From contig OZ242180.1 of assembly GCA_965205485.1 (NCBI GenBank), positions 2,400,001-2,464,000 on the forward strand: DNA of 64,000 nt. The letters run 5' to 3'. Source of the stretch: Candidatus Latescibacterota bacterium (lineage in GTDB: Bacteria; Latescibacterota; UBA2968; GCA-2709665). The translations under genes were made by a program, and so were the position numbers. This document shows, in pieces, positions 37,371-47,845 of the stretch. Numbering within the stretch: position 1 is the first letter of the stretch; each line of letters starts with the position of its first letter. The notes under the pieces are model-generated. The model was not told where the DNA came from and ran no database searches. It was given only the letters and a program-made list of their open reading frames with translations.

Positions 37371-39797
37371 ATGGATTTCAACTACGCGCAAATTGTCCCC
37401 CTCGCCACGCCAATCGACCGGGAAATGACCTATCGGGTTCCCGATGACCTCAAGCGCCGGATTCACATTGGAAGCAGGGCGCTCGTTCCGCTGGGGCCCA
37501 GGTGGACGACCGGCATCGTCGTCGATTTTCAGGACGGGACCGACCTGGAAGACGTCAAGTCGATAGGCATCCTGCTGGACGCCTATCCAGTCGTCTCTCA
37601 GAACCTCCTCGATCTGTGCCGATGGATGGCAGCCTACTATGTCTGCACGCTGTCCGAAGTGCTTACGGCCGCGCTTCCCGCCGGAATTCATACGCACAGT
37701 GGACAGCGAATTGTCGTTACCTCGTCCAATGGCGCAGATCCCGGACCGATAACCCCCTTTCAGCGACAGGTCCTCGACCACCTGAAATCTCGCGGCCCGT
37801 CCAGGCTCAGCCAACTGCAGCGCCGCCTGCGCGGCAACGGTGTGCGCGGTGCCGTATACGGACTGATTCGAAGGGGTCTGCTGACAACCCGTCAGACAAT
37901 TGAAGACCCCCGCGTCAAGCCCATGCAGGAGCGCATGGTTAAACTGGTGCCCGATGCCCGGTGGTTCGAAGTGGAGTGGTCCGCACTGGAGCGCCGGGCG
38001 CCCCGGCAGGCGGAATGTCTCAGGCGCATCCGGGCAGGCGGCGGCGTCATGCCTGCCGCGGCGCTGACCCGCGCGGGAATCGGATCCCACATCCTCAAGG
38101 CGCTTGCGGACCGACGACTGGTTCGAATCTACCACCGGGAGGTGCGCAGGGACCCGTACGCTGAAGTCGAGTCCACGGCCCCTGAGCGGCTCACGCTCAC
38201 CGACCATCAGCGGCGCGCTTTGGAGCAAATCCGGGATTCGCTCAACCCTCCCAGGTACAATTCCTTTCTCCTGCACGGGGTTACCGGAAGCGGTAAAACG
38301 CTGGTCTACATCCGGGCTGTCGACCGCGTTTTGAAGTACGGACTTGGCGCGTTGATTCTGGTGCCCGAGATTTCGCTCACGCCTCAAACGGTACGCCGCT
38401 TCAGATCCCATTTCGGCAACCGGGTTGCCGTCATTCACAGCGCACTGTCGGAAAGCGAGCGCTACGATGCCTGGCGTGACGTCCGCGAGGGCCGGCGGAC
38501 CATTGTCATCGGCGCTCGTTCGGCGGTGTTTGCGCCGGTATCGAACCTGGGCCTCATCGTTGTGGACGAAGAACACGACAGCGCATACAAACAGGCGGAT
38601 CCGGCGCCCCGGTACAACGCGCGCGACGTCGCGGTAATGCGCGCGAACATGGAGAATATCCCCATAGTACTGGGCTCGGCCACGCCCGCGCTCGAGTCCT
38701 ATCACAACGTCGACACGGAAAAATTCCGTCTGCTCCCGCTGCCGGAACGGATAGATTCCCGCCCGCTGCCCGAAGTCACCCTGGTGGATATGAGGAAGGA
38801 AAGCGGCCTTTTTTCTAGGGTCTTGCGGGAAAAGCTAAAGGACCGTCTTGAGAAGAAAGAGCGGGTCATCCTGCTGCAGAACCGCAGAGGTTACGCGCCC
38901 TACGTGCAGTGCATGGATTGTGGCGACAGTTTACAATGCCCGAACTGCCGGGTCACGCTCACGTACCACGCCCAGGGCAGTCGAATGGTGTGTCACTACT
39001 GCGCATACGATACCCCGGCGCCGTCCGCATGCCGCGCCTGTGAGGGAACTCATCTCAAGCTGCTCGGAGTGGGCACGCAACGCGTGGAAGAAGCCCTCAA
39101 CGAACAATTTTCCGGGATGCGCCTGCTCCGCATGGACGTCGATACGACCCGCCGGAAAGGGGCGCACGACCGAATCCTCGAATCCTTCAGGAAGGGGCGG
39201 GCGGACGTCCTGCTGGGCACGCAGATGGTGGCCAAGGGCCTGGATTTTCCCGGGGTCACCCTCGTTGGGGTCATTTCTGCCGATACCGGCATCCATCTAC
39301 CCGATTTCAGGGCAGGAGAACGCACGTTCCAGTTGCTTACGCAGGTGAGCGGCCGGGCCGGACGCGGGCATACTCCCGGCGAGGTCGTCGTACAGACATA
39401 CTTGCCGGAAGGCGAAGCCGTGCAGTGCGCGCGGAACCACGATTTCAAGCGATTTGCCGAACTTGAACTCGAGGGACGACGGAGCGTACTGTATCCTCCG
39501 TACGGCCGTATGGCCCTGCTGCTTTTTAAAGGAAGACATGAGCATGATGTTGCCCGTACCGCGGGGTTGTGCGCCGAGGCACTGCGTGCAATGGCGCTGC
39601 CGCACGTTGACGTCATGGGACCGGCGCAGGCGCCGCTTGCGCGTATCCGAAGGAACTTCCGGTGGCAGGTCGTGCTTAAAACACCTTCATCCAGACACCT
39701 GAACGCCCTCGCCCGCCGCGCCATGCGCGAATACGGTCGCAGGCGCCGCGCCGCCGTGACGCTGGACGTGGACATCGACCCGGTATCCTTGCTGTAG
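37371..39797 (+). CDS. priA: Primosomal protein N'
   Basis: GVTGSGKT, VDEEH, NRRGY, four CxxC pairs, GTQMVAKG, QVSGRAGR, DIDP. Confidence 0.97.
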   Translation: MDFNYAQIVPLATPIDREMTYRVPDDLKRRIHIGSRALVPLGPRWTTGIVVDFQDGTDLEDVKSIGILLDAYPVVSQNLLDLCRWMAAYYVCTLSEVLTAALPAGIHTHSGQRIVVTSSNGADPGPITPFQRQVLDHLKSRGPSRLSQLQRRLRGNGVRGAVYGLIRRGLLTTRQTIEDPRVKPMQERMVKLVPDARWFEVEWSALERRAPRQAECLRRIRAGGGVMPAAALTRAGIGSHILKALADRRLVRIYHREVRRDPYAEVESTAPERLTLTDHQRRALEQIRDSLNPPRYNSFLLHGVTGSGKTLVYIRAVDRVLKYGLGALILVPEISLTPQTVRRFRSHFGNRVAVIHSALSESERYDAWRDVREGRRTIVIGARSAVFAPVSNLGLIVVDEEHDSAYKQADPAPRYNARDVAVMRANMENIPIVLGSATPALESYHNVDTEKFRLLPLPERIDSRPLPEVTLVDMRKESGLFSRVLREKLKDRLEKKERVILLQNRRGYAPYVQCMDCGDSLQCPNCRVTLTYHAQGSRMVCHYCAYDTPAPSACRACEGTHLKLLGVGTQRVEEALNEQFSGMRLLRMDVDTTRRKGAHDRILESFRKGRADVLLGTQMVAKGLDFPGVTLVGVISADTGIHLPDFRAGERTFQLLTQVSGRAGRGHTPGEVVVQTYLPEGEAVQCARNHDFKRFAELELEGRRSVLYPPYGRMALLLFKGRHEHDVARTAGLCAEALRAMALPHVDVMGPAQAPLARIRRNFRWQVVLKTPSSRHLNALARRAMREYGRRRRAAVTLDVDIDPVSLL

Positions 39798-39892
39798 ACG
39801 ACCCAGCCAACCGACGCCGCGCGACGTTGGCGGGGCCCGGAGTTGCGGCCGTCCTGCTCTTATCTCACTAGAGGGATGACCGCGTATCACCC

Positions 39893-41404
39893 ATGCGCTT
39901 CCGACACGTCAAATCGCTCGCAAGACACACTGCCGTTTACGGAGTGGGCGACCTGCTCGGAAAGGCGACCGGCATCCTTCTCGTGCCGGTTTACGCTCGC
40001 CTGCTCTCGCCATCAGAAAACGGCGACATGGCGCTCGCGTACGCATTCGTCAGTTTCAGCGTCCTCCTGTATGCCCTGGGTCTGAACCACGCGCTCGTCC
40101 GCCACCTCTCTGTCGAGCGCGGCGCCGGCGACATACGCCTCAAGTTCAGCACGGCATACTGGACGCTTCTGGCTTCAGGCATCGTGCTGACTTTCCTGGT
40201 TTGGAATTCTGCGGCTCGCCTGGCCATCGTTTTTCTCGATTCCACGTCCTACGCCGATATCTTTCGGATTGTCTCGGTCATACTCCTGCTGGATACGCTG
40301 TCCGAGCCCTTCTTCACTTTGTGCAGGGTGCGGCAGAGGTCCGGAACCTACGCGTCGGTACGGTTCGTTCAACACACGCTGCAGCTTGGCCTCACCGTTT
40401 ACCTGATCGCCTGGGAAGGGAACGGAGTACGCGCGATTTTCTGGAGCAACCTGGTCAGCTCCGCATTTGCCTTTTTGGCGCTTTGCCCGATCGGGTTTCG
40501 CGTCCTCCGGCCCGTGTATTCGACGTCGACCCTGCGGGAACTTCTGCGTTTTGGTCTGCCCTTTGTCCCCTCTGCCGCTGCACTGCTTCTGATTAACCTT
40601 TCCGACCGGTTGCTGCTGAAGTTCTTCCTTGGAAAGGACCCCGTAGGGATCCTGCAAATCCTCTTCCGGTTCTGCCTCCCCATGCAGATGCTTACGCGTG
40701 TCTTTCGCTCCGCGTGGGCGCCGGGCGTCCTGGCCATTCCGGACAGAGCCGAGGCCCGCACCGTTGTGGCCCGGATGACCACCTACTATGCGGCGGGAGC
40801 AACCCTGCTGCTTCTGGTGCTATCCACCTTCGCACGTGATCTCATTCTGTTGGGCTGCGGGAGCAGGGCCGCGGAATACCTGCCGGCACAGGGGGTCATT
40901 CCCATCGTAACCCTTGCTTTCCTGTTATCCGGCCTGTACATTATATTGACGGCAGGCGTGTACGCGGAGGGCCGTTCACGGATGCTGCCGCTTGTCGTGG
41001 GCGTGGGTGCGGGCGTCAACGTGGGATTCAACCTTTTGCTCATCCCGCATATGGGGGTGTTTGGCGCCGCGTGGAGTACGCTGGCCGCGTACGGGGTCAT
41101 GGTGGTCTTTCTGTATTTCCACACGCGGCGATTCTACCCGGTCGCCTACGAGTACGCCAGGCTTGCGAAGATCGGGGTCGCCGGCGGTATCGTTTTAATT
41201 GGCGTATCCGGATTTGCGCCCGATGCCAGTCCGTCCGGCATTGTCACCCGCTGCATTCTGTTGCTGGCCTATCCGTTCATTCTGTGGGGATGGAACTTCC
41301 TTGAATCCGGAGAGTGGCAGGAGATCCGGCAACTCTTCCGGCTGCCGAAACAGGCGGGTGTAAAGGCCGGGGAATCATCGGGGGGCAGGCCTGATGTTCC
41401 CTGA
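39893..41404 (+). CDS. Wzx/MOP-family oligosaccharide flippase
   Basis: 12 or more TM helices; LRFGLP, SDRLLL and NLLLIP.MG..GAA motifs. Confidence 0.88.
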   Translation: MRFRHVKSLARHTAVYGVGDLLGKATGILLVPVYARLLSPSENGDMALAYAFVSFSVLLYALGLNHALVRHLSVERGAGDIRLKFSTAYWTLLASGIVLTFLVWNSAARLAIVFLDSTSYADIFRIVSVILLLDTLSEPFFTLCRVRQRSGTYASVRFVQHTLQLGLTVYLIAWEGNGVRAIFWSNLVSSAFAFLALCPIGFRVLRPVYSTSTLRELLRFGLPFVPSAAALLLINLSDRLLLKFFLGKDPVGILQILFRFCLPMQMLTRVFRSAWAPGVLAIPDRAEARTVVARMTTYYAAGATLLLLVLSTFARDLILLGCGSRAAEYLPAQGVIPIVTLAFLLSGLYIILTAGVYAEGRSRMLPLVVGVGAGVNVGFNLLLIPHMGVFGAAWSTLAAYGVMVVFLYFHTRRFYPVAYEYARLAKIGVAGGIVLIGVSGFAPDASPSGIVTRCILLLAYPFILWGWNFLESGEWQEIRQLFRLPKQAGVKAGESSGGRPDVP

Positions 41405-41439
41405 TTTCAACGCTGCGACAGAAGGAATTCAGCAAATAT

Positions 41440-41787
41440 ATGAAAATGCCGTTCAGGGCTCGACAGGCCGCAGGGAAAGTTCGCCGCTTGTTTCTGGTTC
41501 ACTTCCGAAAGTCCTATGTTGCCGAGCAGGCAACGCTGCTTGCAGGCGAATGTAACCGGTGTGGCAACTGCTGCGAAATCCTGTTCAAATGCCCCTTCCT
41601 TGTCAAACAGGACGATGGATTCTCGGTCTGCAGCATCTACGAGAACCGGCCGCTCCAGTGCAATGCGTTTCCGATCGACGAGAGATGCCTTGCCGATGTG
41701 AATTTCGATTGCACGTTCAGTTTCGAAAAACAGCCCGCGTCCGTACCGGACCCGTCTAACCCGTTGCTACGGATCGAATCCGATTGA
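41440..41787 (+). CDS. YkgJ-like (CxxCxxCC) cysteine-cluster protein
   Basis: CNRCGNCC, CPFL, CSIYENRP.QC..FP. Confidence 0.8.
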   Translation: MKMPFRARQAAGKVRRLFLVHFRKSYVAEQATLLAGECNRCGNCCEILFKCPFLVKQDDGFSVCSIYENRPLQCNAFPIDERCLADVNFDCTFSFEKQPASVPDPSNPLLRIESD

Positions 41788-41846
41788 CCGGAATCCCGGA
41801 ACTTCCTCTTTCGTGTCCCGTCTCACCGCGTTGCTTGCGCTGCTTG

Positions 41847-41865
41847 CGTTGAGCTTGTCGAAACG
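41847..41865. repeat. TGAGCTTGTCGAA-family short palindromic repeat
   Basis: CGTTGAGCTTGTCGAAACG embedded in degenerate partial copies (about 41828-41878); related to 56357-56398. Confidence 0.6.
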
Positions 41866-41928
41866 GCTTGTCGACGTGCCCTGGCCCGGCCCGAGTATCG
41901 CTGAAACGGGACGCAGTACTCAGGAAAG

Positions 41929-42648
41929 ATGGACGCTAACGAATGGCACAAAGGCGCTGCCGGTCGATCCGCCCGGCGGGGCGTCATCTGCGCACTGTTC
42001 TGCCTTCTGACAGTTGGCGCCGCCCGCTGTCCCGCACAACTGCCGGATCCTCCCGCGTCATTCACAATGGCGAGGCTTAAATTCGGCGGCGGCGGGGACT
42101 GGTACAATGGGCCCACCGAGATTCCCAACCTTCTGGCCTTTATCCGCAGTCGAACGAGGATCCATACGGCCGAACGGGAAGCCCGGGTCGAAATCATGGA
42201 CGAGGACCTGTTCGCGTATCCCGTTCTTTACCTCACCGGTCACGGAAATATCCTGTTCACCGAAGATGAAGTCATGCGCCTTCGCACGTACCTTGAACGC
42301 GGAGGCTTCCTCTTTGCCAACGACGACTACGGACTCGACAAAGCGTTTCGTCGTGAAATCAAACGGACCTTCCCCGATAAAGAGCTGGTTGAATTGCCGC
42401 CTTCATTCGGCATCTTTCAATCCCCCTTCCCGTTTCCGGACGGCCTGCCCAAGATTCACGAACACGACGGAAAACGACCCCAGGCCTTTGGCATCTTTCA
42501 CGAGGGAAGGCTTGTCGTGTTTTACAACTACGAGTGCGACCTCGGGGACGGTTGGAACGATCCCGCGGTACACAACGACCCGCCGGAAATGCGGGATGCC
42601 GCGTTGAAGATGGGAACAAACGTCGTCGTCTGGGCGCTCACGCACTGA
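41929..42648 (+). CDS. DUF4159-domain protein
   Basis: GGGDWY, YLTGHG, GGFLFANDDYG, LPKIHEHDG and DLGDGW motifs. Confidence 0.85.
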   Translation: MDANEWHKGAAGRSARRGVICALFCLLTVGAARCPAQLPDPPASFTMARLKFGGGGDWYNGPTEIPNLLAFIRSRTRIHTAEREARVEIMDEDLFAYPVLYLTGHGNILFTEDEVMRLRTYLERGGFLFANDDYGLDKAFRREIKRTFPDKELVELPPSFGIFQSPFPFPDGLPKIHEHDGKRPQAFGIFHEGRLVVFYNYECDLGDGWNDPAVHNDPPEMRDAALKMGTNVVVWALTH

Positions 42649-42686
42649 CCGCGACGATCGGGCCTTAGCCCGCGTTTCCCTCAATT

Positions 42687-45600
42687 ATGTCCGGAATATC
42701 TGCAAACGACGCATACCGGAACCTGTCAGGCAGGCTGACCGCGCTTCGGAAGAGGCAGGTCGCCGCCCGTAGCCTGTACGGCGCGGGCCTGACGCTGTGC
42801 TGTGCGCTTTCCTGTTTTTTCGTTCTACTGCTTCTGGAATCCGCCCTGTATCTCTCGCCGGCGGTCAAGGTGGCTTTGGAAGTGGCCGCCGCACTTGCCG
42901 CGGCCTGTCTTGCGGTGGTGTACTGTTTTCGCCCATTCTTCGTTTTGCCTTCACCGGAAGACGTCGCATTGCAGGTCGAACACGCATTCGGCGGCCTTCA
43001 GCAACGCCTGATCAGCGCCTTGCAGCTCCGGTGTCCGGATGAACACGCCAACTATTCGTCACCAATGGTCGATGCCGCCGTGATTCAGGCGGATGAGGTC
43101 CTCGCAAAGCTGAATCTGGATCCTCTGGTTCCCCGTTCCAGACCCCTGCGGGCAGCAGCCCTATGTGGCGTGCTGGGCCTGGTCATTCTCGTGGCTTTCG
43201 CGATTCTTCCGGGACCGCTTACAGCGGCTGCCGGCCGGCTTGCCACGCCGACAACGGCCTACGTCCGTCCGCCGGAGACGTTTATTTCCCTCCATCCGGG
43301 GAGCGCTGAAATCATCGCGGGGGAGCCCCTCGCAATAACGGCCACCTTGTCCGGTCTCGTACCCCCGCGCGCTCACATCCTGTTGCGGGAAGACGACGAA
43401 TGGACATCCCTTGAGCTTTCGGTGCGCAACGGACGGATCGCACACGGAATTCCCGCCGTGACACGATCGTTCCAGTACAGTCTACGCGCGAACGATGCGG
43501 TAACTCCTGTCTATGAGGTCACCGCCAAACCCCGGCCGATGGTCGTCCGGATTCGTCAAGACAACCGTTATCCGGCCTACACCGGGCTCGGGGAAGTCCG
43601 CGACGTCGAAGGCGGCGACATTGTTGCCATCGCAGGAACTTCGACCGCGCTTCGCGTCGAGTCCAGCCTTCCGTTGAGCTCGGCTGAAATCGTCTTCGAC
43701 GACAGCAGTGCTTCAATGGCGCAAGTCGAGGGACGCATCGCTTCAGTCAATCTGACCGTCACACAGAACCGGCGCTATACAATCGCTTTGCGTGATATGC
43801 ACGATATCGCCAGCTTGAATCCTGTAGAGTACCGCGTCGTGGCGCTTCAGGACCATCCTCCCGAAATTCGCCTGCTTCGACCGGGAAGAGACACTGAACT
43901 GGGGGAAGACATGCGGGTTCCCCTGTTCATGGAGGCCCGGGACGATTACGGCGTTTCAAGGATCGAAATCCGTTACCGACTCAACGACGGCGAGGCGGAA
44001 GAAGCGCTTCCAATTCCCCTGGACAACCCGGGCGCTGGAGAACTCACCCAGACCCATGTGTGGGACCTCTCCGGCCTGGACCTGCTGCCGGGGGATCGGG
44101 TCGTCTTCAGGCTGCGTGCGTATGACGGCAACACGGTATCCGGTCTGGGCATAACGGAAACGCCGGCGTTCACCATCCGCTTTCCGTCACTGCTGGAAAT
44201 CCACCGTCAGGCCCGACAGGCTCACGAGGAGGGCCTGGAACGGATGACTGCCATCAGGGAAGAGGGGGAGTCGGTACGCGAACGCCTTGAAGAGATCGCA
44301 CAACGGCTGTTGAAGGAACGACAGATGCAGTGGCAACACGGCAAGGAGCTGGAAACCGCGATCGATGACCAGGCCACAGCCTCGGAAAAGCTCGAGGAAG
44401 TCAGCGGGAAACTCGAAGAAACGCTCGGCAGGTTGCAACAGAGCGGTCTTCTGGGGGACGAAACCCTCCAGAAGCTGAACCAGATTCAGGAATTGCTCTC
44501 CGAAATCGAGTCGCCGCGTTTGAAGGAGGCTATGGAGGAACTCCGTGACGCAATGCAGCGCGTCGATTCCAAAGCCGTGGAGGAGGCCCTGAAGGCGTTT
44601 CGCGGCGAACAGGAAGGGTTTCAAGAGTCACTGGAGCGGACCATCGCCCTGCTGCGGCAGCTGCGCACGGAGCAAACCATTGAAGCGCTGGCGCAAACCC
44701 TGGAAGCACTGTCCCGTGAGCAGCGTCGTGTGGTTGGCAACATCGGCGATCAGCCCGATCCCGCGTCCCTGGCAGTACAACAGGACGCGATCGCACGGCG
44801 TACCGGTTCATTTGAGGATGAACTTGCGGAGACTGCCGGAAAAATGGGTGATTTCCCCGAAGCGGCGGATGAACTTGGACGCCTTGCGGACCGGTTTGAA
44901 GCGCAGCGCATCCCCGGGCGCATGCGGGCCGTCAGCCGCCATCTGTGCGGCAATGCAGCAGGGCTGGCACGAACGCACGGCGCACGGATAACCGGAGACC
45001 TCGAAAGGTTCGCGAAGGAGCTCCAGGCGGCCAGGCAGGCCTTCGTCAACCGTCAGAAAGAAGCAATGATACGACGCCTCAACCAGATGACGCACAACCT
45101 GCTGGGACTTTCAGCCGCGCAGGAACAAACCGCGCGCAAGGCCGGGGAAATCTCCCGGGAAAGCGATCCGGCGCCGTTGGCGATCGAGCAGGCCCGTATA
45201 CTGGCTGGCGCGACGCGCGTGGCGAACCACTTGATGGAAGCCGCTCACAAGACCTACTTTGTGACGCCTGAAACCGGCGCCGCGCTGGGTCGCGCGCTCA
45301 ACAAGGTCCGGGAGACGGCAGGTCATATCCAGGCCGTCGCCGGTTCCCGGGCTGCCGACACGGGCAAGGACGCGATGGGCGCATTGAACGAAGTGGTGAT
45401 GGCGCTCCGGAGGGCGGTCAGGGACATCTCCGCCGCCGGTTCGTCCGTGGGTCTGGAAGAAATGCTCCAGCGCCTGCAGGAGCTGGCCGACCAGCAGTCC
45501 GGCCTGAACGAAACGAGTGAATCCGCGCTTAACTCGTCGCAGCAGTCGCTGGGGGAGCAGGGTCTGCAAGCAAGCCTCGCGCAGATGGCGGCCCGACAGA

Positions 45601-46022
45601 GAGCCATCCAGCAGGCGGTGCGGGAAATTCGCAGGCAGATGGGCAGCCGCCGGCATGCGCTGCTCGGCGATCTGGACCATATCGCTTCAGAAATGGAGGC
45701 CGTGATTCAGGAGATGAAGAACCGCCGCGCAGACAGCCGTACGCTTGAACGTCAGCGCAGAATTCTCTCACGCCTGCTCGACGCGCAGCGGTCGATTCGC
45801 GAACGCGGCCGAAGCAGCGAACGACGCGCCCGGCGAGGTTCGGACCTGGCGTACCGGGGTCCGGGCTCGTTGCCGCCGAATCTGGGCGAAGCCGATAATC
45901 CGCTTCGAATTCGACTCCGGGACGCGCTCGATGCGGGTTTCGCCACGGAGTATCGCAGACTCATCCGCAGCTACTTCGAGACCTTGATGCAGGACGCGTT
46001 GAAACGCGAAGATTCCCGATGA
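42687..46022 (+). CDS. DUF4175-like membrane-anchored coiled-coil protein
   Basis: N-terminal TM helices, YPAYT, ARDDYG, long Q/E-rich coiled coil, RLLDAQRS.RER, Y..LI..YF. Confidence 0.75.
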   Translation: MSGISANDAYRNLSGRLTALRKRQVAARSLYGAGLTLCCALSCFFVLLLLESALYLSPAVKVALEVAAALAAACLAVVYCFRPFFVLPSPEDVALQVEHAFGGLQQRLISALQLRCPDEHANYSSPMVDAAVIQADEVLAKLNLDPLVPRSRPLRAAALCGVLGLVILVAFAILPGPLTAAAGRLATPTTAYVRPPETFISLHPGSAEIIAGEPLAITATLSGLVPPRAHILLREDDEWTSLELSVRNGRIAHGIPAVTRSFQYSLRANDAVTPVYEVTAKPRPMVVRIRQDNRYPAYTGLGEVRDVEGGDIVAIAGTSTALRVESSLPLSSAEIVFDDSSASMAQVEGRIASVNLTVTQNRRYTIALRDMHDIASLNPVEYRVVALQDHPPEIRLLRPGRDTELGEDMRVPLFMEARDDYGVSRIEIRYRLNDGEAEEALPIPLDNPGAGELTQTHVWDLSGLDLLPGDRVVFRLRAYDGNTVSGLGITETPAFTIRFPSLLEIHRQARQAHEEGLERMTAIREEGESVRERLEEIAQRLLKERQMQWQHGKELETAIDDQATASEKLEEVSGKLEETLGRLQQSGLLGDETLQKLNQIQELLSEIESPRLKEAMEELRDAMQRVDSKAVEEALKAFRGEQEGFQESLERTIALLRQLRTEQTIEALAQTLEALSREQRRVVGNIGDQPDPASLAVQQDAIARRTGSFEDELAETAGKMGDFPEAADELGRLADRFEAQRIPGRMRAVSRHLCGNAAGLARTHGARITGDLERFAKELQAARQAFVNRQKEAMIRRLNQMTHNLLGLSAAQEQTARKAGEISRESDPAPLAIEQARILAGATRVANHLMEAAHKTYFVTPETGAALGRALNKVRETAGHIQAVAGSRAADTGKDAMGALNEVVMALRRAVRDISAAGSSVGLEEMLQRLQELADQQSGLNETSESALNSSQQSLGEQGLQASLAQMAARQRAIQQAVREIRRQMGSRRHALLGDLDHIASEMEAVIQEMKNRRADSRTLERQRRILSRLLDAQRSIRERGRSSERRARRGSDLAYRGPGSLPPNLGEADNPLRIRLRDALDAGFATEYRRLIRSYFETLMQDALKREDSR

Positions 46023-47845
46023 AGAGTTGGCTCCCTTTAAATGCCGCCCTCGTAATTTTGACCCTTCTCCTGCTCGCTCCGGTGGATCTGCCCGCCGCCA
46101 CTGCCCGGGAAACCCTCCGCCAGGCAGGTGCGAAGGAAGCCTCCGGCGACTTGAGAGAAGCGCTGCGACTTTACCGGAAGCTCCTGAAAAGGTATCCGTA
46201 CCGTGCTGACATACTCCTTCGCATAGAATCCATCCTCTACCGCACGGGGCGCCGCGGTGAAGCGGTTCGCCTTCTGGAGTCTCACCTTCAAGAAAGGCCG
46301 CGGGACTCGACGGTCCGTTTCCGGCTGGCGGACATTCAGTCCGAAACGGGCAACCTTGACGGAGCGATTGCGCATTGGAACCACATCGTCGCCGATGCCG
46401 CCGACACGGGAACGATCGAGCGTGTCGCGCGCAACTTTCTGAGGCACAACCTTCCATTGCGGGCACTGTCCGTTTGCCGGCGGGGACGCGACATCTTGAA
46501 AAACCCGCATCTGTTCGCCGGACAAATGGCTGAAATCGCGGAACGGCTCGCGCGATATCCTGATGCCGTGGCCGAGTACATGGTCTTTGTACGCCAACAG
46601 CCGCAATTGCTCGGGCATGTCGAGGCGCGATTCAGGCATTTCGCGCGGGAGGGCGACCAGCAGGACCGAATTCTCGCTGCGCTCAGCCATGAGGCCCGGG
46701 AGCATCCGGGCGACGAGATTGCCCTGCGGCTGTTCACGGAGTACGCACTGACGGCGGGTTTTGAGGAACGGGCGCTGCGAGTCTTTGCGTCATTTGCACA
46801 CGTCGGTCCGCTCCACGTGACGCACCTGTTACGCGTCGCCGGACACGCCTTCGAGGCCGGCCGTTTCGAGACGGCGGCCGGCGCCTATGAGATACTTCTT
46901 TCCGGCACCGATTCAATAGCCCGCCAACCGGAGGCGCTGCTGGGTCTGGGGAGGGCGAGCGAAGGCCTGTCGCATGTCGACACGGCTGTGTCCCTTTACC
47001 GGCGCCTGATTGACAGATTTCCACGAACCCTCTATGCGCATGAGGCCGGTTTTCGGCTGGGTCTGCTCTTGCGTCGGGTCTATCGGGATACCGCGGCCGC
47101 GCTGGACGCATTCCGCTCGGTCGCCGGCGAGAAGAGGCGTACTTCCTGGCGCTCCCGCGCCCTCTTTGAGATCGCGGATATACTGGTCGTCGCGGACCGG
47201 CTCGCGGAAGCCCGATCGGTCTATGCCCGCGTTGCGCGTGAACAGCGGGAGGATGAAGACGCCGCCCGGGCTCGTTTCGGTATTGCCGAGTGTCATTTTC
47301 TTTCCGGCGAAATCGACGCCGCCCGCGCCGCCATCGACAGCCTGCTGTCGGGTTCTTCAAACCGATTCGCGTTCAACGATGCGCTGGGGCTCTCGGTCCT
47401 GCTCGAGCAGGCGGACGAGGACGACGAAGGGGTTCTGCAATCCTTTGCATCGGCTTCGAGGCTCGTTCGCCGGCAGCAACCGGACGCAGCCCTTGCCGCG
47501 TTCCGTACGTTTGCGGCAACCCATCCGGGGTCGCGGCTTCTGGATCGGGCGCTGGCGAGCCAGATCGCGCTTCTGGACACGCTTGGCAGGTACAACGAAG
47601 CCATTCTGATGTCCCGGCGCCTTCTCGCAAGCGTCCCCTGGAGCCCGCTGTGCCCGGGGGCGATGATGACCATGGGCGGGATCTACAGCCGGAGGCTCGG
47701 ACAATACGAGGATGCTTTGAATACATACGAATCCGTCCTGTCGGCATATCCGCACAGCCTTGAGGCCGCGGAGGCCCGGGAACAGGTGCGGGCGCTTCGA
47801 GAAAAGATCAAAACTCTCGACACCACACGCAAGGAGCCGGGATAG
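46019..47845 (+). CDS. Secreted tetratricopeptide-repeat protein
   Basis: Signal peptide; repeated TPR-like helices with YP/FP turns. Confidence 0.8.
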   Translation: MKSWLPLNAALVILTLLLLAPVDLPAATARETLRQAGAKEASGDLREALRLYRKLLKRYPYRADILLRIESILYRTGRRGEAVRLLESHLQERPRDSTVRFRLADIQSETGNLDGAIAHWNHIVADAADTGTIERVARNFLRHNLPLRALSVCRRGRDILKNPHLFAGQMAEIAERLARYPDAVAEYMVFVRQQPQLLGHVEARFRHFAREGDQQDRILAALSHEAREHPGDEIALRLFTEYALTAGFEERALRVFASFAHVGPLHVTHLLRVAGHAFEAGRFETAAGAYEILLSGTDSIARQPEALLGLGRASEGLSHVDTAVSLYRRLIDRFPRTLYAHEAGFRLGLLLRRVYRDTAAALDAFRSVAGEKRRTSWRSRALFEIADILVVADRLAEARSVYARVAREQREDEDAARARFGIAECHFLSGEIDAARAAIDSLLSGSSNRFAFNDALGLSVLLEQADEDDEGVLQSFASASRLVRRQQPDAALAAFRTFAATHPGSRLLDRALASQIALLDTLGRYNEAILMSRRLLASVPWSPLCPGAMMTMGGIYSRRLGQYEDALNTYESVLSAYPHSLEAAEAREQVRALREKIKTLDTTRKEPG